From NCBI GenBank assembly GCA_038087875.1, contig CM075990.1:9116001-9180000 (forward strand): DNA of 64,000 nucleotides, given 5' to 3'. The translations under genes were made by a program, and so were the position numbers. Shown here in pieces: positions 41,099 to 52,880 of this stretch (position 1 is its first letter; every line of letters starts with the position of its first letter). The notes under the pieces are model-generated. The model saw only the letters and a program-made list of their open reading frames with translations. It made no database searches and was not told the DNA's origin. Source of the DNA: Malacoraja senta (lineage: Eukaryota).

Positions 41099-42867
41099 GT
41101 GATATTTCAGTAAGAGTAATGTTGCAAAATTTTCATGGGCATTTTTACAGAACAACTCAAGTAAATCTTAACATATGTAGATTTTTTAAAGTACGATGTA
41201 TTGCATATTTTTGTTCAGTATGTTTAATTCCATTAATCTCTAATTAATTTTAATTGCAAAGCCTAGTTCCTGTAGCCCCCTTGTAGCTTACAATAGGAGT
41301 CAGATATTTTTAATACCACTGTGGAGGAAATTTGGAGCAAATCATAATGTATGATTCACTGTATGATTCTCTCTGAATTTGCTGCACGTTACTTCTTTAT
41401 AAAGCTTTCTGTTGTGAGCTACAATGGATCATAATCTAAACTTTACCGTAAACGTAAAGGTAAAGTTACAACTAGTCTATAACAATGATTACATACTTGA
41501 GATTTTATATAAAAATATAGGAAGATATTCTGCACATTGACAGTGACATCATAGGAAATATTTGAGAAAAAATCCGGTTCAGCGCTGGCCTACAGGTGAG
41601 CCAATGTGAGCAAATGGTTGGTTAAGGTACGTTGGTCTACAGGAGAGCCAGCGCCAACTATATCTGGAAGTTAGCATTGGCCTAGAGGTGAGCCAGCGCC
41701 AGCAGCACCTGAAAGAGGGCTGCCTATGATGGGCCTACAGGAGTGCCCGCATGGAGAGCAACTGGAAGGGTTGTTATGCGTAGGCCTATGGGAGAGCCAG
41801 CGCTAGAGATACCTGAAGCAGGATGTAAATTCGCCCCTCCATGAGGAGGTTTAGTTTATACAAAGATTCAAGTAACAGATTATATGAGGCCTAGAGCCCA
41901 ATACAGAGCCAAAGGACCAGAGTTGGCACAATATATTAAAGTTGTGGTTCCAAAAAAGATGAGGGAACCATTGGGAGATAAATAAACTATGTCAATAAAA
42001 TACTTACTCTCCCAGCAGCTCCAGGTTCTAACCAGGTATGAGCTGTCTACAAAAATAAACCCGCAGTATTGAGTATGATAAGCTAGTCAGTGGGGGAGAG
42101 GGTATTGAAATTACTGGTCAGGCGTTAAGGCTTTTTTGGCCAAAGGTTGGATGGAGAGCATGTGTTTATATCACAACAAGGTTGAATTAGCACTCATGTA
42201 GTAGTGCGCACTTTCAAATAATTGTTTTATAAAAGTGCTATAAAACCTAATATATACCCTAAGTTTGGGGGCTCTGTACACCATCTAATATTAAAATTGT
42301 CTATTAATCTGTTTTTAGAAAGATCTAGCCTAAAAAGGTACGATCCTGTGTGATTAACAGACAAAATTAAGGCAGTTTTCCCTACCAATATGTGGTGACT
42401 GGGGATAGTAAAGTATCAATTCTGTATTTCCCATATGTGCGTTATAGGCACACTCCTCCGGAGTTATGTGGAAGTTATAATATTCCACTAAGATCAGGGG
42501 ATAACAATTGCCATAAGCAAACCCTGAGGAGGAGGGCTGGTTCTGTAAGAAACATATTAAATGTTTTACACTTACAAGTTGGGGAAGATTACGTTTCTTG
42601 CTAAAAAATGGCAAATTGATATTATACTGTACAGTATTGTGGGGTTTAGAATGTAGTTCTACCCATATTTGGTTTCTTTTACTAAGGTAATTTGAAACAA
42701 GACACTTTTTTTCTCAAAATAAGAGAATATGTAGATTCAGTCAAAACATGAAATATTGTGGGAAAGAGATGATTAAGAAGTCAGTTCACCATTACCATCA
42801 ATTAATGCCAAATATGTTATGAGAGCAAATAAGGATGGTGGGTGTAGATTTATTCTAGTTCTGACAA

Positions 42868-44260
42868 TTTTTTTTTTTTTTATATTTTTTTTATTTTTTA
42901 GAAGTACGGTAGATTACAGTAATGTACAACACGTATATATTAATACATTTTTTGTACCGCTTCACTTTTTTAAACTTTAAGAAAGAAAAAGAAAGAAGTA
43001 AGAAAAGTGAAGAAAGTGCGCAAAGGTTGTGAAGTGCAAAAGAGTGTTGGGAAAAGAAAGCCCCTTAGAAAAGAAGTTAGAGAAGGAAGTAAAGTTAGAA
43101 AATAGACCCTAGAAAAAAAAGAGAAAGAAAGAAGGAACAATCGCTCTATTATAACTCTTATACCATACTTCATAGAGAAGGAACTACCAACCAAGTCTGT
43201 TTTTATTTTACCTCCCATTACCAGGTCCAGATACCTTTTATTTATTTATTTGTTTTTCTAAATTACTATTGCACCTCATGCTTGTAATAGGTCCAAAAAC
43301 GTAGACCACGTCTTTTGAAATTGATCTACTTTGCCTACTAGGAGGAATCTCATCTCTTCCAGATGTAATGTTTCCAACATATTTGATGTCCACATTTTTA
43401 TTGTTGGTGTGGGCGCATTTTTCCAGAATTTAAGTATAAGCTTTTTTCCCATTATTAGCCCATAATTGAGTAAATTCTTCTGATACACGTTTAATTCAGG
43501 AATACCTTCCGATATTCCAAAAATAATCCATTCTGGTTTTGGTACCAGTTTTATTTTGATTAATTTTGAAAAAATATCAAATATTTCAAACCAGAATTTT
43601 TGGATTTTTGTACAAAAAACAAAAGAATGTGCTATGGTAGCTTCTTGACATATACATTTATCACAGATTGGTGAGATGTTAGGAAAGATTTTATTTAGTT
43701 TGGTTTTTGAATAATATAATCTATGTAATGTTTTAAATTGGATAAGCGTATGTCATACGTTGATCGAGCATTTATGCACCTGTAATAAATGATTATCCCA
43801 ACTCTCTTTTGAAATTTTTATACCTAGATCTTGTTCCCAATCTCTTCTAATTCCATCTGTTGTGGGTATTTCTATATTTAAGATGATATTATATAAGTAT
43901 GATATTAAATTAACTGATTCCGCCTTTGTCTTCATTGCTTCATCTAGTAAGTCGGAAGGCATATTATAATAATCTTTTGTGTGTGTTTTCAAATAGTCAC
44001 AGATTTGTAGATATTTAAAATATTGATTATTTTTCAAATTATATTTCAGTTGTAGTTGTTGGAATGATAGTAATTTTTCTAATTCATACAGATCTTCGAG
44101 CGTTTTAATTCCCATTCTTTCCCATTGTATAAATGCTTTATCTATGATTGAAGGTTTAAACGATGGGTTATTGACTATTGGTATTAAGAGAGATAGGTTT
44201 CTTAATTTTAGATTCTGTTTTATTTGCTTCCATGTTCTAATAGTGCTATATATAATTGGA
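42868..44260 (-). mobile_element. L1-clade LINE copy A (3' part of ORF2, 3' UTR, poly-A)
   Basis: Poly-T on the plus strand at 42868. ORFs 43753-44115 and 43276-43488 are homologous to L1 copy B and broken by stops. Confidence 0.9.
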
Positions 44261-46317
44261 TTTTTTTTTTTTTTTTTTAATTTTTATTTATTAGAAGTAC
44301 ATTACATCACAGCCACATACATTAATACTCGTCATTTATATCTTCTTACAATTAATGTACTCCCTTTATTTTTTTTTACGCTAAAGAAAGAAAAGATTGA
44401 AAGAGAGAAGAAAGTGAAGGAAAAAGTGCAAGTGTAGAAAAGTGTAGAAAATGTAACAACAAAAAAAAAAAAGGACGAGGACCCTATGAAAGCGAAATTA
44501 AAAACAAAAAAAAAAAGAGTTAAGAAATAGGCCCTAAGAAAAGAAAAGAGAGAGAGAAAAAAAGAAAAACAAATGTTTTTTTTTTTTGAGCATCACGTAA
44601 ATAGGACATACCAACTCTTCAACTATCATCCCCCCTTACCCGACCTCAATTTTTTATTTTTTTAAAGTACTTTTGCACCCTATGTTTGTAATAATTCTAT
44701 AAATGCAGACCACGTCAGGTGGAAGTGATCTGGTTTACCTGCTAGGAGGAGTCTTATCTCTTCAAGGTGTAGTGTTTCAAACATATTTGAAATCCACATA
44801 TTTATAGTTGGTATTGGAGCCTTCTTCCAAAATTTTAGAATTAGCTTTTTTCCAGTTATTAACCCATAATCCATTAATTTCTTTTGAAACACATTTAGTT
44901 CTGGATCATCTTCCGTTATTCCGAAGATAATCCATTCTGCTTTGGGTATCAGTCTTGTTTTAAATAACTTTGTAAAGATTTCAAAAATTTCATTCCAAAA
45001 TTTTTGAATTTTTGTACAGAAGACAAATGAGTGCGCTATAGTTGCTTCTTGGGATTGACATTTATCACAAATAGATGATACGTTTGGGAAAATTTTATGA
45101 ATTTTAGTTTTCGAATAATATAATCTATGTAAAATTTTAAATTGTATTAAAGTGTGTCTTACATTAATCGAGCATTTATGTACTTTTAATAAGTATTCAT
45201 TCCAACTTTCCTTTGAAATTTTAATAGCTAACTCTTGTTCCCAGTCTCTTCTGATACCCTCCGTAGATGGTATTTGTACATTTAAGATAATATTGTACAA
45301 ATATGATATTAAGTTTGCTGATTCCGCTTTTGTCTGCATTGCCTCGTCCAGTACATCTGCTGGGTTATTATGATGATCTTTTATATATTTTTTCAAATAG
45401 TCGCATATTTGAAAGTATTTAAAATATTGATTATTTCCGAGTTTATATTTTATTTGTAATTGTTGAAATGAAAGTAATTTTCCAGTTTCATACAAGTCAC
45501 CAAGCGTTTTAATTCCTAGTCTATCCCATTGTGTATAAGCTTTATCTATAATAGAAGGACTAAACGAAGGGTTATTGACTATAGGTAATAAAAGTGATAA
45601 GTTTCTTAATTTTAAATTTTGTTTTATTTGTTTCCAAATACGGATTGTACTATGAATAATTGGGTTCTTATTATAGTTTATGTTATTCAATTTCATTGGA
45701 GAGAGGAGGATCGCTCCAATGTTTCTAGAGGAGCAATCCTCTTTCTCCATTACAATCCAGTCTACTTGCTGGGCGGAGTTATCCATCAGTTGAATCATGT
45801 TTTTAATATTTACTGACCAATAATAATACATAAAATTGGGTAGTGCTAGACCTCCCAATACTTTAGATTTATTCAGATGGGTTTTTTGTATTCTATGTGA
45901 TTTATAGTCCCATATAAAATTAGTGATATCTGAGTCGAGTTTTTTAAAAAACTTCTTAGGTAAGTATATAGGAATTGATTGAAATAGGTATAAAATTTGT
46001 GGTAAAAAGATCATTTTTATTGCGTTTATTCGGCCTATTAAAGACATCGGAAGCGTTTTCCAGAATTTAATTAATGTATTCAGTTTATTAAGTAGGGGGT
46101 CAAAATTTGCCCTGAACATACCTTGATATGCTCTGGTAATTTCGATTCCCAAATATTTAAATTTTTCTGTAGCTATTTTAAAAGGGAATTTTAAAAGATG
46201 TGTTGAATCTTTCGGTTTTATTGACATAATTTCACTTTTATTCCAATTTATTCTATATCCAGAAAAAGATCCGAAGTCTTCAATTAAATTTAATATATTT
46301 GGTATAGTGATTTGAGT
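44261..46317 (-). mobile_element. L1-clade LINE copy B, 5'-truncated, with an uninterrupted ORF2 C-terminal half
   Basis: 515-aa ORF 44680-46227 (FKYLGI, WKTLPMSLIGRINAIKM, GGLALPN, CDKC...HSFVFC Zn knuckle). The frame continues upstream as FGSFSGYRINWNKSEI. Poly-A at 44261-44278. Confidence 0.92.
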
Positions 46318-47240
46318 TGTTTTTTTTTAATTTTTGTCTTGTTAAATGTATGTCTTGAGCTTAGTTTTTATTATTTTTTAGCTGTGTATATGTGGGGGGT
46401 GGAGGGGGGGGATGTTGGGGAAACCGTTAATCTCTTCCCTGTACGGGGACCCGACTTTTTCCCTGTCGGATCTCCGATATCGTTGGGCCTAACATTGTGG
46501 AGCCGACGGCGGCCTCCGGCCAGGACTAACCTGTGGGCTCCAGTCGCGGAGCCTGGGAACTGACATCGCGGAGCTGGCCGGCATTGGAGCGGGGAGAGCT
46601 GTGGTGGCGCTCGGCTGCGACCCGACTTTGGAGTTTCGGAAGCTCCGGCTGCGGGCCTGGTGGACAGGAACATCAGGAGCTCCAGGTCCCTGGTGGGAGA
46701 CGGCTTTTCGGAGCTCCCGCAACGGCAACTTCTCCCGCTGGAATCGCGAGGTTTGGAGGACACGGAGCGAGGCCTAACATCGCCCGGCGCGGGTTGGCGG
46801 CCATGGGACTTACCATCGTCCGCCGGGGGCTCTAACATCGGAGCCCCAGTTCGCCTAGACGCTGCAATTGGACTGCGGGTTGGACTGCTTGAACCGCGGG
46901 GTTTGAAGGACACGGAGCCGGGGCCTGGCATTGCCCGGCGTGGCTAAATGGCCACAGGACTTACCTTCGTCCGCCGGGGGCTTTAACACCAGAGCCCCAG
47001 TTCGCGTAGACGCTGCAGTTGGACTGCTGGACCGTGGGTGAAGAATAAAGGGAAGAGATAAGACTTTGCCTTCCATCACAGTGAGGAGGTGTTGGAGACT
47101 CACTGTGATGGATGTTTATGTAAACTGTGTTAAGTGTGGGTCTTGTTTTTTTTTGTAATGTAAAAAAAACTGTAGTAATGATATTTCGTTCAAGCCTAGG
47201 TTTGAATGACAATAAATAGCATTCTATTCTATTCTATTCT
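46318..47240 (+). mobile_element. GC-rich non-coding retroposon with Rex1-type 3' tail
   Basis: T-rich then G-rich leader, CpG-rich body with a tandem duplication of about 150 bp, ending atttcgtt...aatgacaataaa plus (ATTCT)n. Confidence 0.65.
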
Positions 47241-49719
47241 AAAGCTTATTTGCTTTTATATGCAAAGTTGCATGTTTAGACATAGTTTGAGACTACGGAA
47301 TAGAACGTATGTCAATCATTCGAGTGGTTTAAGTCAGTATCTTGTAATAGACTGGCTAATATGATCTGGATCTGGTATTTACCAGAAATATTTGATTGGC
47401 AATCTACCTATGAGGTAGATTCAATATAGTTGAAGACTCAAAAGTCATGTAAATCAATGAAAATATAGAATGTATGTTGGATCGTGAGAAATTTAACAAT
47501 ATTATAGCACGATTGATGACTTGTTTGTATCCAGATTTAACCACCAATTACCTAAATATATGTTATAAAGTCTGATACTGGGGCAGTAGTGGTGAATGTT
47601 TTTTGCTGCATTGAGGTAAAATGTTTGTATACATTTTCCATTTTTCTCATTTAACAGTATATACAGAAGAGCAAACAGGATTCCGTTTTGGGAGTATTGG
47701 TGGTACTAGATTGGATCTGCAAAACCATGGTACCCTGAGGTGTTTAAAATGATCACAAAAGCCTCTTATGATTTCCAAACAGAATTAATCTGTTTGTGCA
47801 CTCTATAACTGATGATTCACATCCTTTACATAATCATATTGGTTGTTGATTTACAGATTTTAAGGAGTGACATTTATCGGAAGAGGACTAACAGATTGTA
47901 CTGTGGATATTATTGCAATCTGGACGGATGTACCCAGAAGTAGTACATTTCTTACATAAAGAAATGGGATATGTTTTGTTTAAGCAGACTATTACATATC
48001 ACACTATAAACATATCAGTTGTGTTAGAATTCTGTAAACTCTTTATTTTATTAGCAGTTAAGCTATAATGCTATGAATACGGCAAGGAGTGCCGTTACTG
48101 CATATCTATGGAGGAATCAGAACAAAATGTGGTAGGGTTACACCCTTTGGTCTGCAAATTTATGAAAGGATTTTAATTCTAAAACCTCTTAGACACAAGT
48201 ATACAATAATCTGGAATGTAAGAGATATGCTATATTGTTTGTTTATGGATTCCTATTACAGTGCTGTCCTTGGCTTGAATGATCATTAAGGAAGTCAAGT
48301 TCAGGGGACTGGTTTATGCACAGAGAGTGCAACTATTGCAGAAAGTAAGAATAGACATGATGGAAAGAGACAAACAGTTACTATTGTGTTCTATGCCTAT
48401 GAATTGCTTAAACAGAGTAGATGTGGAATCACAGGATGTAAGTTGGGGTTTCAGCATATCCTACGGATCCACGTCTATGTGTGGTATCACATTTACAATG
48501 TTAGATTGAAGCTATCAGAACCTTAAAGAGATTCAGTATGAGTATTTTATTAGCCATAAATAGCTGCATAGGAAAGTGTCAGTTTAAACTATTTTAAAAA
48601 TGGCTAAAGCATGTGTTGCTTGATGTAGGTATGGTTACTGAAAATTTTTAATCATATTTCACCAGGGCACCATCAAGTTTGACGGCCAAGGAATTGGATG
48701 TTCTAATAAAACATATCTTCGTAGCTGCAGGCATAAGTGAAAGAATTCACCTATTACCATAAGGAGATTATAATACCTGTGGTTATTTGGTGGTGTTATT
48801 TTTGGGATTTAGTATTAAATATTCCTCTTGTGATAAAGGGGTTACTATTATGGTGATAAATTAACCATTAATTGGTTGCATCCATGTTATGGTTGTGCAT
48901 TGTTGATTATTTTACTTATTTAGAGTCAATCAATGCAGCGAGCGCCTGGATTGAATCTACGGCCTGAAATCACAGAGCTTTGAAATCTTCACGTAATCAC
49001 TCACGTGACTCCGAAGTAAAATAGTAAGATTAAACGAGAACTTACCAGTTAGAAGTTTGATCTTTATTTTATGAGGAGTTACGTTGAGGGATTACGTGCC
49101 CTCCGCTCCCACCCTCATAAAAGATCGAGCTGGTAGTTCTAGTCTTTATGTATCTTACTATCATACTTCAGTAATTGTCGTCTGTGATTTCACTCCGCTG
49201 CTTTGAAGATTGACGCGTGTGCGGCTGGACGGGCTCTTCTTCACGTAATCCCTCAATGTAACTCATAAAATAAAGATCAAACTTCAAACTGGTAAGTTCT
49301 CGTTTAATCTTACTATTAAATATAGTCACCTACTTCCATGACTCATCTTCTTAGTGGGCACAGAGTAAAAGAGGTACTATGTACATTCAAAAGTATGGTA
49401 TAGGTCTGGTCAGGTAATAATAATAATACAGTAACAAGTGTGTTACAAGAAAAAAAATCAAAGTACACTTCCATTCTCTTTATTTCTTTTAAATTACAAA
49501 ATCCTAGAGCAGAAGGGATATATTATGTATCTATTTTTCCCCTCTTGATGTTGTCAAACAGATCGATTCAATTCTTTATCAACTTCCCTTGTTGTGACTG
49601 GGCATAACAGAGATTGATGATTGAATATTCAAGAGGAAAAGAAATATGCTATGGCCATGTCATGATAATTTTCGGTCCTTCACAGAAAACATGCTTGAAG
49701 CAGAAATAATGTGAATGCT

Positions 49720-49876
49720 TCATTGAGCATAAATCCGAGCTTTGTTCTTCGTCCGAGCACATTATCGCACAAGTCATGCAAGCCGTCTTAAATGACCACC
49801 TAAACTGTCATTTGGCCACCTAAAAAGCTGCCGAGGTTGCCCGGCTGGTAACAGAGAAAAAAAGTTGAGAGCCCTG
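49720..49876. mobile_element. Probable hAT-type transposon end (TIR CAGGGCTCTCAAC on the minus strand)
   Basis: Ends ...aaaaaaagttgagagccctg. No matching partner TIR or 8-bp TSD was found. Confidence 0.4.
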
Positions 49877-50309
49877 GTATATCTATAGAAAAAAGGCAAC
49901 ATTGATGCTATGATGCTTAATATGGATTTATTTTTCCATGTGCAAGAACAATGCATGAAATGAACATATTTATTTGCTGATCTTATGTAAAATATTCATG
50001 GAATCTAAGGCAAAACTGAAAACTCTGGAATTAGTCAGTATAGGTTGTGGGCCGAGCATCAAAAATGGGTCTAGAATCCAGTTTTCGTGACCCAAGTCAC
50101 CAAACTACATGAAATTTTCCACAGATTTAGATGAAATATAAGTGAGAAGGATGTCATAACTCGTCATGGCCAAAAGCTGCACATTAATTAATTAAACTAA
50201 TTAGAAAATAAGATCGGGAAAGTAAGCACCATCTAGTGGCCAATGCCCATATTACACCATGGGCAGCCTATTTCCATGTTGCAGTCCATTTAAACTATAT
50301 ATGATTATA

Positions 50310-50409
<100 letters not shown>

Positions 50410-50446
50410 TCATGTACTTCATGAATGAATGAATGAGTGAGTGAAT

Positions 50447-51465
50447 TGTTGTTGTTGTATTCAATTTATTGTCATTATCTCATTTTAGAGACAACAAAAT
50501 GGATTTTCCTTACAGTCAAGTAACATAAAAATAAATAATAAATAAATAAACATATATTTTTTTAAAGCACAAACACAGAAGTCCACACACAACATAATCC
50601 CACAGCGGCACCAAAGTTAAGGAAGGTACCATAGTCCAGCCAGCCTCCCCGCCGATCTTCCCAGATGTTCACCCGTGGTCGGGGCCTCCCGAGCACCCGC
50701 AGTCGCCGCCACGGGCAGCCCGATGCTCAGGCCCTCTCGCCGGGAACGGTGGGACCCCGACGCTGAACCCCGACGGAGAACATCCTCAGCGGCCCGGACC
50801 TCCAGATCATCCGGACTCCGCGATGTTGGTCAGCACCGCCCGCGTTGGGAGCTCCGCGCTGTCGGTGCAGCAGGCCCAGCACTCCGGAGCTCCCAACGCA
50901 GGCGGCACTGACCAACATCGCGGAGTCCTGCGACTCCACCCGGCTCAGCCTGCAGACTCCGGTGGCTGATCTGGAGGTCCGGGCCGCTGAGGATGTTCTC
51001 CGTCGGGGGTCCACCATTCCCGGCGAGAGGGCCTGGACCTCCAGATCAGCCACCTCCCACCGGAGTCCGCAGGCCGAGCCGGGTGGAGTCGCAGGACTCC
51101 GCGATGTTGGTCAGCGCCGCCCGCGTTGGGAGCTCCGCGAACCACAGCTCCGCGCTGTTGGTGCAGCAGGCCCAGCACTCCGGAGCTCCAAACGGCGATC
51201 CCCGGTAAGACATCGCCCACCCCGCGATGTTTCCAACGTTGCTCCGTTGCTGCCGGAGCGGGGGGGGGGGGGCGAGGACGCGACTCGAATAATAGTCGCA
51301 TCCTCTCAAGGAAGCGACTGAAGGACGGTATCCCCCTTATTGTACCCTCTTTCCCCACATAAAAACATTAAAAAAAACCCCACAAAAAACGCTCTTCAAA
51401 CATAACAAAAACATAACAAAATAACAAAAAGATACCGGACTGAAGGCGGAGGCAGCTAGCAACAG
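50447..51465 (-). mobile_element. GC-rich non-coding retroposon with Rex1-type 3' tail and 6-bp TSD
   Basis: gtgaat occurs at 50441-50446 and 51466-51471. The minus-strand 3' end is attttgtt...aatgacaataaa plus (CAA)n. Confidence 0.7.
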
Positions 51466-52094
51466 GTGAATGTATGAATGAATGCGAATGAATGAGTGAA
51501 TGTACAGCCTCCAAATCTCATTTGTTCACATTATAAAGGTGCAATTAAATTAATTAAAGTGCATACAGATTAATTTTCATAAATTCAGACTTTAGATCTT
51601 ACCTTTTCAGTTCCAGTTGATTCACAAAATTTGACAGCAGCACCTCAGGCAGGGACATTGCTTTCAAGACTTTATTCCACTTAGCTGCACATTCTTCAGA
51701 CTTCTTCACGCTTATCTCACTAAATTCAATTACCCTGCTGCAAGTTTCCAACACATGTATTCAACAGAACTAGAAAAAATCTTCATCGGAATCTCCAGTA
51801 AAACAGGCATCAGTGAAGCCCTCTCAGTGCTCCCTGCCTAGCTAGCCTGAAACAAAGCACGTGATTGGCCAACTGGCATACAACTCAATGTTAAACGTGC
51901 TTTGATTGGACTAAAAATACCCGAAAATTTTCCGGTTTTCCCTAATTTAATGAAAATGTGCAAGTCTTGTTCATGACGAGTTTCAGGGGAGATTTGTATG
52001 ATTTTTTTACACAATATGTGAAATTTTCATGTAGTTTGGTGACTTGGGTCACAAAACACTGGAATAAAGCTCATCGGCCCACAGCCTAGTAGTT

Positions 52095-52880
52095 CTGGCA
52101 GATGCATGGCAGATGCAGTTTAATGTGGATAAATGTGAGGTTATCCATTTTGGTAGCAAAAACAGGAAGGCAGATTATTATCTAAATGGTGTCAAGTTGG
52201 GAAAAGGGGAAGTACAACAGGATCTGGGGGTCCTTGTTCATCAGTCAATTAAAGTAAGCATGCAGGTACAGCAGTCAGTAAAGAAAGCGATTGGCATGTT
52301 GGCCTTCATAACAAGAGGAGTTGAGTATAGGAGCAAACAGATCCTTCTGCAGTTGTATAAGGCCCTAGTGAGACCACACCTGGAGTATTGTGTGTAGTTT
52401 TGGTCCCCTAATTTGTGGAAGGACATTATTGCTATTGAGGGAGTACAGCTTAGGTTTACAAGGTTAATTCCCGGGATGGCGGGACTGTCATATGCTGAGA
52501 CAATGGAGCGGCTGGGCTTGTACACTCTGGAGTTTAGAAGGATGAGAGGTTATCTTATTGTAACATATAAGAATATTAAGGGTTTGGACGCACTAGAGGC
52601 AGGAAACATATTCCCGATGTTGGGGGAGTCCAGAACTAGGGGCCACTGTTTCAGAATAAGGGGTAAGCCATTTAGAACAGAGATGAGGAAACACTTTTTC
52701 ACACAGAGAGTTGTGAGTCTGTGGAATTCTCTGCCTCAGAGGGCGGTTCTCTGGATACTTTCAAGGGAGAGCTAGATAGGGCTCTTAAAGATAGTGGAGT
52801 CGGGATATGGGAAGAAGGCAGGAACGGGGTACTGATTGGGGATGATCAAATTGAATGGCGGTGCTGGCTTGAAGGGCCGA
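52095..52880 (+). mobile_element. CR1 LINE, 5'-truncated
   Basis: WQMQFNVDKCEVIHFG...DLGVLV...LYKALVRPHLEYCV...RRMRGYLI...FFTQRVVSLWNSLP plus CR1 tail. Confidence 0.92.

Larger units (their letters stand above)
41575..49317 (+). mobile_element. Decayed DIRS1-type tyrosine-recombinase retrotransposon (interrupted at 42868-47240)
   Basis: Ordered remnants: gag-like region (about 41.9-42.5 kb); RT N-terminus VGxRL (about 42578) and KDGGCRFIL (about 42832); RNase H (about 47305-47495); methyltransferase-like DLFVSRFNHQLPKY (about 47517); recombinase SYNAMNTARSAV (48061), KYTIIWNV, AQRVQ, DPRLCVV, TRA, AAG; terminal inverted repeat 49020-49098 / 49242-49317. Confidence 0.85.

Noticed and set aside
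41580..41812. CRISPR-like repeat-spacer array
   Set aside because: Vertebrate DNA, degenerate repeats, no cas genes. Better explained as a decayed minisatellite in the DIRS element.
44680..46227. Host gene encoding a 515-aa protein
   Set aside because: It is the C-terminal half of L1 ORF2, followed by a 3' UTR and poly-A and 5'-truncated.
46312..47212. Overlapping Pro/Arg/Ser-rich ORFs (also at 50675-51362)
   Set aside because: Stop-poor GC-rich repeat DNA with ORFs on both strands and no recognisable domain.
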